Assembly (NCBI GenBank): GCA_963761305.1 | Contig: CAVXGK010000001.1 | Coordinates: forward strand, 1,376,001-1,440,000 | From: an uncultured Gemmatimonadaceae bacterium | GTDB taxonomy: Bacteria; Gemmatimonadota; Gemmatimonadetes; Gemmatimonadales; Gemmatimonadaceae | Length of the DNA stretch: 64,000 nt | Reading direction: 5' to 3' | Shown here: in pieces, positions 39,345-48,355 of the stretch | How the letters are laid out: every line of letters starts with the position of its first letter | How positions within the stretch are numbered: position 1 is the stretch's first letter | Notes under the pieces: model-generated | The model's database searches: none | What the model was told of the DNA's origin: nothing | Seen by the model: only the letters and a program-made list of their open reading frames with translations | Made by a program: the position numbers and the translations under genes

Positions 39345-40115
39345 ATGACCTCGACACGGAAACCGCCGACGCGAAGTCTGCTTGAGGTCGACGCGGCCGT
39401 GCTCCCGCCGGGAAGCGCCGCCGATGCGCCGCACGGGTCGCGACCCGAGCAGGTGTACGTCCGTCTGCGCGACCTCATCGTGCAGGGCCTGCTCTCACCG
39501 GGCAGCCGCATCGTCGAAACCGAGATCGCGACGCGCCTCGGCGTGAGCCGTACGCCGGTGCGCGAAGCGTTGCAGCGGCTGCAGCAGGAAGGCTACGTCA
39601 TGGGCTCGCCCGGCGCGCAGCAGTCGCGCCTCACCGTGGCCCCGCTGACGCGCGACGATGTTTATGAATTGCTAAACATCGTCGGCGCGCTCGAGGGCAT
39701 GGGCGCGCGCGGCGCCGCGCTCATGCCCGTCGCCGATCGGCGCGTGCTGGTGCGGGACCTCAAGGCGCTGAACGCGGAGTTCCAGCGCGCCGGCAAAGCG
39801 ATGCCGATCGATCACGGCAGTCTGTACGACGCCGATCAGCGCCTCCACCGCCGCGTCGTCGAAGCGTGCGCCGGACCGCGGTTGCTCGCGCTGCACGACG
39901 CCGTGAAGCCGCAGGCCGAGCGGTACATTCGCATGTACATCAGCATGCTCACCGGCGACATCCGCACGTCGGTGTACGAGCACGACATCATCATCGCGGC
40001 GATCGACGAAGGACGCGCCGACGACGCCGAGCTCGCGGTCCAGGTGAACTGGCGCCACGCCGCGGACCGCTTGAGCAAAGTGATCGCCGTCGCCGGCGAG
40101 CGCGGCTCCTGGTAG
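39345..40115 (+). CDS. GntR (FadR/FCD subfamily) transcriptional regulator
   Basis: PGSRIVETEIATRLGVSRTPVREAL wHTH and FCD motif D..LH...EH..I..AI. Confidence 0.93.
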   Translation: MTSTRKPPTRSLLEVDAAVLPPGSAADAPHGSRPEQVYVRLRDLIVQGLLSPGSRIVETEIATRLGVSRTPVREALQRLQQEGYVMGSPGAQQSRLTVAPLTRDDVYELLNIVGALEGMGARGAALMPVADRRVLVRDLKALNAEFQRAGKAMPIDHGSLYDADQRLHRRVVEACAGPRLLALHDAVKPQAERYIRMYISMLTGDIRTSVYEHDIIIAAIDEGRADDAELAVQVNWRHAADRLSKVIAVAGERGSW

Positions 40116-40125
40116 CGCGCGCGAC

Positions 40126-41103
40126 TCAGCTCGCCAGTTCGTCCAACAACCGCCGATAGCTGTCGTACCGCTCCGCGGACACGACGCCCGCGCTCACACC
40201 GGCAATGACCGCGCACTCCGGCTCGGCGATGTGCCGGCAATCGGCGTAGCGACACTCGGTGCTCAGCGCGCGCATCTCGGGGAAGCAGCGATCGAGATGT
40301 TCCGGCGGCAGCGCCCACAAGCCCACCTCGCGCAGACCGGGCGTGTCGATCACGTAGCCCGGCGCACCGCCGGGCAGCGGAAGCATGATCGCGCCGACGG
40401 TCGTGTGGCGTCCTTTGTTCACCGATTCGCTGATCGCGCCGACGCGGAGGCCGGCGCCTGGAAAGATCGCGTTGAGCATCGACGATTTTCCGACGCCCGA
40501 CGGCCCGGTGATCACCGTGCGGCACGCGGCGAACGCGGGTTGCAGATCGGTGAGTCCGAAGTGGGCCTTCACGCTCACGTAATGGACGGGATAGCCGGCC
40601 TTCTCGTAAATCTGAAATCGCTCGCGCGCGGCATCCGGCTCGACGAGGTCGATCTTGTTCACGATGATGCGCGCCGTGAGATCGTTTCCCTCGGCGATGA
40701 CGAGGAAGCGGTCGAGCATACGAAGGTGCGGCTCGGGTTTGGCCGCCGCGAACATGACGACCACCTGGTCCACGTTCGCCACGACGATGCGTTCCCCGTG
40801 CCCTCCGCCCGGGACACGTCGAGCCAACGCCGAGCGCCGCGGCAGAATCTCGGCGATCGACCAGTCGGTTCCGCTATCCGAGTGCTCGAGCATCACGTCG
40901 TCGCCGACAGCGAGCTTGAGTGTCTCCGCGGCAGAGCGCACGGTGTCGCGCCGCAGCGATCCGTCGCGACGGCGGCCGGCGTTTGATTTCTTGAGACGCC
41001 CGCGGAGCGAGGCGTCGATCGTTTCGCCGGCGTCCGTTCGCACGCGCCACACGCCACCCGTGCCTTCGAGTACGACTCCGTGTTCCGGCGGCAGCTGCGT
41101 CAC
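40126..41103 (-). CDS. rsgA: Ribosome small subunit-dependent GTPase A
   Basis: NKIDL, GPSGVGKSS, GRHTT, DTPG, C..ADC.H..EP.C zinc finger. GTG 41103. Confidence 0.95.
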   Translation of the reverse strand: MTQLPPEHGVVLEGTGGVWRVRTDAGETIDASLRGRLKKSNAGRRRDGSLRRDTVRSAAETLKLAVGDDVMLEHSDSGTDWSIAEILPRRSALARRVPGGGHGERIVVANVDQVVVMFAAAKPEPHLRMLDRFLVIAEGNDLTARIIVNKIDLVEPDAARERFQIYEKAGYPVHYVSVKAHFGLTDLQPAFAACRTVITGPSGVGKSSMLNAIFPGAGLRVGAISESVNKGRHTTVGAIMLPLPGGAPGYVIDTPGLREVGLWALPPEHLDRCFPEMRALSTECRYADCRHIAEPECAVIAGVSAGVVSAERYDSYRRLLDELAS

Positions 41104-41516
41104 GCGGTTTCGTCTCCGCCTTCGTCGCGCATCGCGTCCCACCAGCGGCGCACCGGCGGGGCGCCGCGTCGTTCCTCGATCAAACGGTCGAGCAGCGCTT
41201 TCACGTCGCCGATCGGGGTCTCGCCGAGCGCGTCGCGAGCGGCGTCTTCGGTCGCGCCGGAGGCGAGGTAGTCGCTCTCGAGATGTCCTTCCGGCGTCTG
41301 CGCACCGATGCGCGCCCACTTGATGAAGAGAAAGAACGCGCGCCAATCGTCGCCGGCGGGTTCTGCCGCGCGTTCAACCATGATCTCCACGCTGTACGAG
41401 AAGCCATCGATGCCTTCGAACGCCGCGGGCCGATCGTGCACGGCCGCGTAGCCGCCGATCGTGGACTCATCGCCCTTGGTGTGATCGGGCGGACGATACC
41501 GCGCGTGCGACATCAT
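41100..41516 (-). CDS. Hypothetical protein
   Basis: 138-aa acidic ORF with start/stop overlaps to both neighbours. It is the 3' part of ORF 41100..42128. Confidence 0.7.
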   Translation of the reverse strand: MMSHARYRPPDHTKGDESTIGGYAAVHDRPAAFEGIDGFSYSVEIMVERAAEPAGDDWRAFFLFIKWARIGAQTPEGHLESDYLASGATEDAARDALGETPIGDVKALLDRLIEERRGAPPVRRWWDAMRDEGGDETA

Positions 41517-42451
41517 CTCTTTCGCCTGCCGAACGCTTCGCGAATCACGCTCCCCGTGATGAACGCGACGTTCGCCGGCCGCTCGGCCAAGCGGCGCATG
41601 AGATACGGATACCACTGCGTGCCGAACGGGACATAGACGCGCATGCGGTAGCCGTCCCGCACGAGCTGCTCCTGCATGTCGCGCCGGACGCCGTACAGCA
41701 TCTGAAACTCGAATCTCGAACGGTCGATCTGATGCTCGGCGACATACCGCTTGGCGTCGTCGACGATCCGCGGATCGTGCGTCGCGATACCCGGATAGTT
41801 GCCCTTGTCCAACAGCATGCGCATGCACAAAACGTAGTTCCGGTCGACCTCTTCCTTTTCGGGAAACGCCACGGACGCCGGCTCCTTGTACGCGCCTTTG
41901 CACAGGCGCACGCGGCAACCGAGCTGCACGGCGCGTTCCACGTCCGACCGCGTCCGGTACAGGTAGCTCTGCAGCACAATCCCGACGTGATCCTTGTAGG
42001 CCGGATAGAGGCGGTCCGCGAACAGATTGAGCGTGCGCTCGGTGTAGGCGCTGCCTTCCATGTCGAGCCGCACGAACGTGGAGAGATCGCGCGCGCGGTC
42101 GAGGACGTCGTGCATCACGGAGATGCACAGCTCCTCCGAGATGTCGAGGCCCATCGCCGTGAGCTTGAGCGACACGTTCGCGTCGAGCTTCTTCTGATGG
42201 ATGCGGTCGAGCACGGCGAGGTACTGGGCGCCGGCGGCGCGCGCCTCGCGTTCGTTCGTCACGCTCTCACCGAGCAGGTCGAGCGACGCGGAGATTCCCT
42301 TCGCGTTCAGCGCGGCGACGGCCGTGACCGCTTCGTCCAGCGTCTCGCCGGCCACGAACCTGTTCGCGAATCGTTTCGCCAGCCGGTTGTTGCGAACGAA
42401 GCGAAAGACCCGCGGCCGGTTGGAGAGGTACAGCAGGGTGGACCGCAACAT
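41513..42451 (-). CDS. Monofunctional proline dehydrogenase
   Basis: RFVAGET, LDLLGE, SLKLT, RLDME, RLCKGAY, ATHD, FQMLYG, YVPFG, RRLAERPAN. Confidence 0.95.
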   Translation of the reverse strand: MLRSTLLYLSNRPRVFRFVRNNRLAKRFANRFVAGETLDEAVTAVAALNAKGISASLDLLGESVTNEREARAAGAQYLAVLDRIHQKKLDANVSLKLTAMGLDISEELCISVMHDVLDRARDLSTFVRLDMEGSAYTERTLNLFADRLYPAYKDHVGIVLQSYLYRTRSDVERAVQLGCRVRLCKGAYKEPASVAFPEKEEVDRNYVLCMRMLLDKGNYPGIATHDPRIVDDAKRYVAEHQIDRSRFEFQMLYGVRRDMQEQLVRDGYRMRVYVPFGTQWYPYLMRRLAERPANVAFITGSVIREAFGRRKR

Positions 42452-44304
42452 CAATCGCGCGGCGCGTGCGACTCGAGCGTCACGGGCTTGGTGATGCGCA
42501 CGATCGGGAAGTCGGCGTGCGCCGCGAGAATGCCGTCGAGGAACGACCACTGCGCGAGGCCGTCTTCCGACTCGGGCTCGAGCAAGTAGAACGCGGCGAG
42601 GCCGCGCGGCTGCCCGGCACGGACGACGTAGCTCTTGGCCGGCAGCGTGCGCGACGCGGGCACGCCCCAGTGTCCAGTGACATCCTTGAGCTCGCGCGCC
42701 GTCTCGGATCGTCCGCGGTCGATCACGCTGTCGACGGCGAACGCCTGCACCGTGGCCGACGCCGGCGCGCCGAGCTGCTCGACGGCGATTCCATGGATTT
42801 TGAGGATCGGCAGCAACGCGGCGGCGGTCGTCGAGTCGAACGCGTAGCCGAACGGCAGCGTGGATGTGAGCGTCGGCGTGAACGACGCCACCACCGGCAT
42901 GCGAACCAGTTTCACGACGCCGATTCGCTGGCGATTGCCGAGTCCTGCCTCGCGTTTCGTGGAATCGGTGAGCGGTACGACCACCTCGACGCGCACGTCT
43001 TCGATGCGCGTCGTGTCCATGCGCGACTTGAGCGACAGCGGCGGCGAGCTGCCCGGCTTCGCCGCCCACGACGCGACCTTGGCGTCGCCGGCCGGGCCGA
43101 GCGCGCGAATCTCGCGGCCGTGCTGGGCAACGTACGAGAGGATCTCGCTCACGAAGTCGTAGGTCGATGCGACGCGACGCGCGAACGGATCGTGCGAGAA
43201 CGCTTCGCTCAGAATCGCGAGGCGATTGCGCAGGCCGTAGTAGTTCGTGCCGTAGCGCGCGAGCGATTCGTAGGTCGAGAACGCCCAGCCCTTGGATGGA
43301 ATGGAGTCGGCGATCATTTGCTCGAGGCCGGGGCCTCTTCCACCGAAGCCGCCACCACCGCCGCCGCCACCCGCTCCACCCGCGCCACGACCGGCCGCGC
43401 GTCCGGCGCTGTCGGGCGGCGCGCCGCGTCGTCCGCCGGCGCCCCGGGCGCCGCGGGGAACGTCCGTGCGGCTGAAATCGCCGTAGTCCTGGATGTAGAA
43501 CCCTTCGCGGTCGAGCATCCGCTTGCGAATCTCGGCCATCATGCTCGATGAATACGACAACACGTTGACTGCCGTCGGCGTGAGCGGCGGCGCATAGGTG
43601 AGCGCGTAGCCGTGGATGCTGCCGTCGGTGGTGTGGAGATCCATGAAGAGATCCGGATTCCACTTATTGAGCATTTCGAACGCGCCTTTGGTCTCCGGCG
43701 CGTCGGCGCCGATGTAGTCGCGATTGAGATTCCAGCCCGACGCGTTTTGCCGCGTGCCGACGAGCTCGGGTCCGTTCTGCGCGCCGCGATTGCGCGCCTG
43801 CGGTCCCCACTTCTCGTTGCCGTCGGCGTTGTAGATCGGCTGCACAATGAGCACGATCGAGTCGAGCACGTTCTTGTGCTTGTCGAACAGGAGGTCGCGC
43901 AGCAACGACTGCATCGCCTCTTTGCCTTCGACTTCACCGGCGTGGATGTTCGCCTGGATGTACGCGATGGGGCGGCCGAGCCGGCGCGCTTCGGCCGGCG
44001 TCGTGACCAGCGGCCGCGACGCGATGACGTACGGCAGCTCGCGTCCTTCGATCGTCTTGCCGATGGAGCCGGTGGCGATCTTCGCGCCGAGCAGCTTCAG
44101 CGAATCGATGAACGTGACGACGTCGTCGTAGTGCGACGTCTCGGCGAAGTTGGTACGTTCGGCGCGCGTGAGCGGCCGTTTGCCGACGAAGCTCTCGAGC
44201 GTGTATTTGCTCTTGGTCGGAATACTGTAGTTGTCGACCTGCTGAGCGACGCAGGGCCACGCTGACAGCAGGAGCACGGCCCCGAACGACGCGGCACGGC
44301 GCAT
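42451..44304 (-). CDS. Secreted zinc carboxypeptidase, peptidase family M14
   Basis: Signal peptide, IHAGEVEG, YNADG, NLNRD, MDLHTTDG. Internal Gly/Arg-rich insert. Confidence 0.88.
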   Translation of the reverse strand: MRRAASFGAVLLLSAWPCVAQQVDNYSIPTKSKYTLESFVGKRPLTRAERTNFAETSHYDDVVTFIDSLKLLGAKIATGSIGKTIEGRELPYVIASRPLVTTPAEARRLGRPIAYIQANIHAGEVEGKEAMQSLLRDLLFDKHKNVLDSIVLIVQPIYNADGNEKWGPQARNRGAQNGPELVGTRQNASGWNLNRDYIGADAPETKGAFEMLNKWNPDLFMDLHTTDGSIHGYALTYAPPLTPTAVNVLSYSSSMMAEIRKRMLDREGFYIQDYGDFSRTDVPRGARGAGGRRGAPPDSAGRAAGRGAGGAGGGGGGGGFGGRGPGLEQMIADSIPSKGWAFSTYESLARYGTNYYGLRNRLAILSEAFSHDPFARRVASTYDFVSEILSYVAQHGREIRALGPAGDAKVASWAAKPGSSPPLSLKSRMDTTRIEDVRVEVVVPLTDSTKREAGLGNRQRIGVVKLVRMPVVASFTPTLTSTLPFGYAFDSTTAAALLPILKIHGIAVEQLGAPASATVQAFAVDSVIDRGRSETARELKDVTGHWGVPASRTLPAKSYVVRAGQPRGLAAFYLLEPESEDGLAQWSFLDGILAAHADFPIVRITKPVTLESHAPRD

Positions 44305-44369
44305 GAACGAATCCCCGGCGGTTGGACGGGGAATTGTACCCGATCGAGTCGTGGCGACGCTACTCTGAA

Positions 44370-44990
44370 TTACTCGGACGGCTTGCCGTTCGTGGCGCCG
44401 CGCTGGAGGAGACCGCGCGCGCGCGTCTGCGCGGCCACGGTGGGGTCGGCGCCGCGGTCGATGTCCGCGCGCACGTTGCGCTGAAAGAGCGCGAACTCCT
44501 GGTCCTTCACGCCCGACCGCTCCAGCTGGATGACGAGGTTCGTGGCCGTCGGCGCGTCGATCTGCAGTCCGATCAAGTCGGTGAGCACAGCGAGCGGCAT
44601 CGTGACGGGACGCTTGCCCGCGGCGGCACGGACGCGCGCCAAGTCGTGGTCGGACACACCCGCTTCGATCGCCGTCGACGCCGCTTTGATCTCGTCGGCC
44701 GAGGCGTTGGTGCCCAGGACCGCGCGCGCCCTGGTCATGCGCACCCGGAGCTGCTGCACCGCGGTGACGATCTTGGGACCGTCGGAACCTTTGGCGGCGC
44801 CTTCGAGCGCTTTGTCGACGAGAGGCGCCGTGGGGAGCTTCGACGCGCGCGCCGAATCAACGATCGCATCGACCGCCAGTTGGGTGGGCTTGTCGAGACG
44901 AGCCACCAATCGCGGATCACCGCTGGCCTGCGCCGCGGCGACTCGCGCGACGAGCGAGAGCGCCGTCACGATGCGCAGAGACGCCTTCAT
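44370..44990 (-). CDS. Secreted alpha-helical hypothetical protein; paralog of 98..802
   Basis: ATG 44990 overlaps the upstream stop. Signal peptide ending AAA|Q. Colinear similarity to 98..802. Confidence 0.8.
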   Translation of the reverse strand: MKASLRIVTALSLVARVAAAQASGDPRLVARLDKPTQLAVDAIVDSARASKLPTAPLVDKALEGAAKGSDGPKIVTAVQQLRVRMTRARAVLGTNASADEIKAASTAIEAGVSDHDLARVRAAAGKRPVTMPLAVLTDLIGLQIDAPTATNLVIQLERSGVKDQEFALFQRNVRADIDRGADPTVAAQTRARGLLQRGATNGKPSE

Positions 44991-45568
44991 TTTTCTTCTG
45001 GGACCACGATTGCCGAATTCGGAAGCCCGTAATCGTTGTCCACCACGCGCGGCGCAGTCGGATCGGCGACCCACACGCTGTCGTCGACGACGAACGAATA
45101 CCGATGATGGCCGACCGGAACCGGCGCCGTCACCGACCACACGCCACCGCCGCGATGCTGGGCCTGATAACCGGCGTGCTTCGCGTCCCAGCCGTTGAAG
45201 TCGCCGACGACGGCGACCTTTTTCGCGTCGGGCGCCACGAGCACGAACTGCACGCGCTGCGGCTGCGCCTTGTTCTGCGCCGGGAAGAGCGCGCTGGCGA
45301 TCGGTTTGGCGGCCCGGTCGATGTCCACCGCGGCGTGCATCGCGCCGAGCACGGCGAACAACGCGAGCGACGCGGCGAGCAGGCCCCACGTCAGCGGCGT
45401 GACCGTCACCGTGCGCGGCGTCGTGAGACGCACCCACAGCTTGATTCGCTCGTGACCGGGCAACCGACGCACCGCGGCCATCACCCGCGCGTCGAATGAC
45501 GCGCTCAAGCGCACCGGCGCGCGAAGCACGCGCGCGATTTGGCTGACCTTCACATCGTCATCAGACAC
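44987..45568 (-). CDS. Putative anti-sigma factor: short cytoplasmic domain, one TM helix, CBM48/AMPK-beta-like domain
   Basis: FDARVMAAV (anti-sigma-like), TM WGLLAASLALFAVLGAM, then VAVVGDFNGW...W......G.HRYSFVVDDSVWVADP...NS. GTG 45568 after GAGGTG overlaps the sigma gene end. Confidence 0.8.
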   Translation of the reverse strand: MSDDDVKVSQIARVLRAPVRLSASFDARVMAAVRRLPGHERIKLWVRLTTPRTVTVTPLTWGLLAASLALFAVLGAMHAAVDIDRAAKPIASALFPAQNKAQPQRVQFVLVAPDAKKVAVVGDFNGWDAKHAGYQAQHRGGGVWSVTAPVPVGHHRYSFVVDDSVWVADPTAPRVVDNDYGLPNSAIVVPEEK

Positions 45569-46106
45569 TGTGCACCTCACTCAGCAGCTCGCGCAGACGT
45601 TCGCACGCGCGCATGACACGCATCTTGAGCGCCGAAACCCCGACGCCGGTGAGCAGCGACATCTCGTCGTAGCCCATTTCCTCCACATACTTCAACAGGA
45701 AGGCTTCGCGTTGGTCCTGACGCAGTTGCTGCAGGGCGCGATCGATCTCTTCGCGCCAAGCGCTCTGCTCGGCCGGATGATCTTCTGCCGCGCTGAGCAA
45801 CGCCGTCTCGTCCGCCACGAACGTCCGCGCCCGTCGTCCCCGTCGGGCCCCAACTGTTCGACACCGATTGACCAGAATGCGAAACAACCAGGCGCCAAAC
45901 CGTTCGGGGTCCTCGCACTGCCGCAACGACCGGTAGGCCCGCGTGAACGCGTCCTGCAATGCTTCTTCAGCGTCCTCGCGGTTGCCGAGCATGTGAAACG
46001 CGTACCGGGCATACCGGTCGCGATACCGCTCGACCAGCGTACCGAACGCGTCCACGTCGCCGCGCAACACCTGAGATACGACGATTGCGTCCGAGCTAGC
46101 TTCCAC
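45561..46106 (-). CDS. ECF sigma-70 factor
   Basis: GDVDAFGTLVERY, DAEEALQDAF, FGAWLFRILVNRC, GYDEMS...ALKMRVMRA..RLR. Start is GTG 46106 or 46139. Confidence 0.92.
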   Translation of the reverse strand: MEASSDAIVVSQVLRGDVDAFGTLVERYRDRYARYAFHMLGNREDAEEALQDAFTRAYRSLRQCEDPERFGAWLFRILVNRCRTVGARRGRRARTFVADETALLSAAEDHPAEQSAWREEIDRALQQLRQDQREAFLLKYVEEMGYDEMSLLTGVGVSALKMRVMRACERLRELLSEVHSV

Positions 46107-46159
46107 GTCGAATGACCTACGGTGATCGGAGAGGGTCACAATTGCTGTACGTGGTGGTA

Positions 46160-46172
46160 AATCAGGCACTTG
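46160..46172 (+). promoter_or_regulatory. IHF-consensus-like site
   Basis: AATCAGGCACTTG matches WATCARNNNNTTR, intergenic upstream of the ECF gene. Confidence 0.3.
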
Positions 46173-46213
46173 CGGCTGTCGCAGCACTAAGGAATCTCGC
46201 CGCTGCCTCAATT

Positions 46214-48355
46214 CTACCGCGAGCCGGGGTAAAAGCTCCGTCCTGCCGCTGCCATGTCCATCAATAGCCTGGCCGGCTCGAATCGCTTGGCAAATCGTAC
46301 GTTGAGGTCCTCCAACCGTTCTACGACCCGGCTCACACCGACGCTGTCCATGTAACGGAACGGTCCGCCTCGGAACGGCGGGAACCCGACACCGAACACC
46401 GCGCCAATATCGCCGTCGCGGGGTGAGCGAAGGATATCCTCCTCGAGGCAACGCGCCGCCTCGTTCAACATCGCCAACACGCAGCGGTCCGAAATCTCGG
46501 CCTTGTCGATCGGGCGCCGTTCGCCGCCGATGACCGCGTATACGCTCTGGTCGACCGGCCCTTTCGTTCCGTCGGGGCCGTATCGATAGAAGCCGTTGGA
46601 ACCCTTCCGACCGGTGCGGCCAGCCAGCACCACGCGCCGCATCGATTCCGGCGGCGTCATGCGCACGCCGAACGCTTCGGACAGCACCGTCGCGACTCGT
46701 CCGCCGACGTCGATCCCCACTTCGTCGAGCAGCGTGATCGGCCCAACCGGGAAGCCAAAGTCGACCAGCGACTCGTCGATCGTCTCCACCGCCGCGCCTT
46801 CGTCGAGCATGCGGCCAGCTTCGCTCATGTACGCCGACAGCGTGCGCGTCGTGTAGAACCCCGGTCCGTCGTTGACGACGATGACCGTCTTGCCGAGTCG
46901 CTTGCCGTACGCCACCGCGGTGACCGTCGATTGGCGGGACGTCGCCGGCGTGACGATCACTTCGAGCAGCGGCATGCGGTGCACCGGCGAGAAGAAGTGC
47001 ATTCCCAGCACGCGCTCGGGATGGCGCGCCGCTTCGGCGATGCGCGTGATCGGAATCGTGCTCGTGTTCGACGCATACACCGCCGACGCGTCGAGCACCG
47101 GCTCCACTTCGGCGAGCACCTGATGCTTGAGGGCGAGGTCCTCGAACACCGCTTCGATGACGAGATCCACCGCCTCGAATCCCGAGTAGTCGGTCGTCCC
47201 GCCGACGAGACTCATCGCGTCGTCGAGCTGGTGCGGCGTGATTTGCCGCCGCGCCACACGCTCCTGCACGACGCCGCGAATCGCCGCGAGTCCGTGTCCG
47301 ATGCGCGTCGCGTCGGTGTCCTTCAATCGGACGAGCGTTCCCTGCTGGACGGCGATCGCGGCGATGCCCGCGCCCATGAATCCCGCGCCCAGGACGGCGA
47401 GCCGGTCGATCTCACGCGGCTGCGGCGCCGGGTCGGGAACGCCGCGATCCTTTTTGAGCGAGGTGTTGGCGAAGAAGAGAAACACGAGTTGGCGCGAGAC
47501 CTCGGTCATCGCCATTTCGCCGAAGTGGCGTGCTTCTTCGGCGAACCCGTCGCCGTTGCTCGAGTAGCCGGCGACCACGGCGTCGAGCGCGGCGAGCGGC
47601 GCCGGATAGTGGCCGTGCGTTTTTTCGAGCACGCTTTGCCGAGCCTTCTTGAATACCACGCCGCGGCCGATCGGATTGCTCTCGAGGAGCAAGCTCGCCG
47701 GGCCGGCGCCGCGGCGCCGGGCAGGTTTGAGCGCGCCGCTCGCCAGCGCCCGCGCCCGTCCGAGGGCGAGCTCGCCGAGGATCGACGGGTGCACCATTTC
47801 GTCGACGAGTCCCATCTGCAGCGCGCGGCGCGCGCGAATCGTGCGGCCGGTGAGGATCATGTCCAACGCGGCTTGCAGGCCGACGCGCCGCGGCAGACGC
47901 TGCGTGCCGCCCATGCCGGGGATGAGCCCCAGCTGCACCTCGGGCACGGCGAACGTGGTGTGCGGGTGATCGGTGCAGATGCGGTACGCGCACGCCAGCG
48001 CGACCTCCAGGCCGCCGCCGAGGCACGCGCCGTGGATCGCCGCGACGACGGGGACGCGCAGCGACTCGAGTCGCGCCAGGAGATGCTGCCCCGTCCGGCT
48101 GACGCGCTCGGCCTCGCCGGCCGACCGGAGATCCAGAAACTGGTCGATATCGGCCCCGGCGATGAAGCCGTCGGGCTTTCCCGAAATCAATATCATCGCG
48201 TGAATGAGCGTATCCTCATCGACGCGCTGGAACACGTTCTCGAAATCGCCGACCAGGTCGAGGCCGAGCGTGTTGACCGGGTCGTCGCGGCAATCGATCG
48301 TCACGACGAGGACGTCGTCGATCAGTTCGGTGGTGAGGGTCGGCGGCCCGGTCAC
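46214..48355 (-). CDS. fadJ: Fatty-acid oxidation complex alpha subunit (enoyl-CoA hydratase / 3-hydroxyacyl-CoA dehydrogenase)
   Basis: FIAGADI, CLGGGLE, PEVQLGLIPG, GAGFMG, ASNTSTIPI, GMHFFSPV, GFPPFRGGP. Confidence 0.92.
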   Translation of the reverse strand: MTGPPTLTTELIDDVLVVTIDCRDDPVNTLGLDLVGDFENVFQRVDEDTLIHAMILISGKPDGFIAGADIDQFLDLRSAGEAERVSRTGQHLLARLESLRVPVVAAIHGACLGGGLEVALACAYRICTDHPHTTFAVPEVQLGLIPGMGGTQRLPRRVGLQAALDMILTGRTIRARRALQMGLVDEMVHPSILGELALGRARALASGALKPARRRGAGPASLLLESNPIGRGVVFKKARQSVLEKTHGHYPAPLAALDAVVAGYSSNGDGFAEEARHFGEMAMTEVSRQLVFLFFANTSLKKDRGVPDPAPQPREIDRLAVLGAGFMGAGIAAIAVQQGTLVRLKDTDATRIGHGLAAIRGVVQERVARRQITPHQLDDAMSLVGGTTDYSGFEAVDLVIEAVFEDLALKHQVLAEVEPVLDASAVYASNTSTIPITRIAEAARHPERVLGMHFFSPVHRMPLLEVIVTPATSRQSTVTAVAYGKRLGKTVIVVNDGPGFYTTRTLSAYMSEAGRMLDEGAAVETIDESLVDFGFPVGPITLLDEVGIDVGGRVATVLSEAFGVRMTPPESMRRVVLAGRTGRKGSNGFYRYGPDGTKGPVDQSVYAVIGGERRPIDKAEISDRCVLAMLNEAARCLEEDILRSPRDGDIGAVFGVGFPPFRGGPFRYMDSVGVSRVVERLEDLNVRFAKRFEPARLLMDMAAAGRSFYPGSR

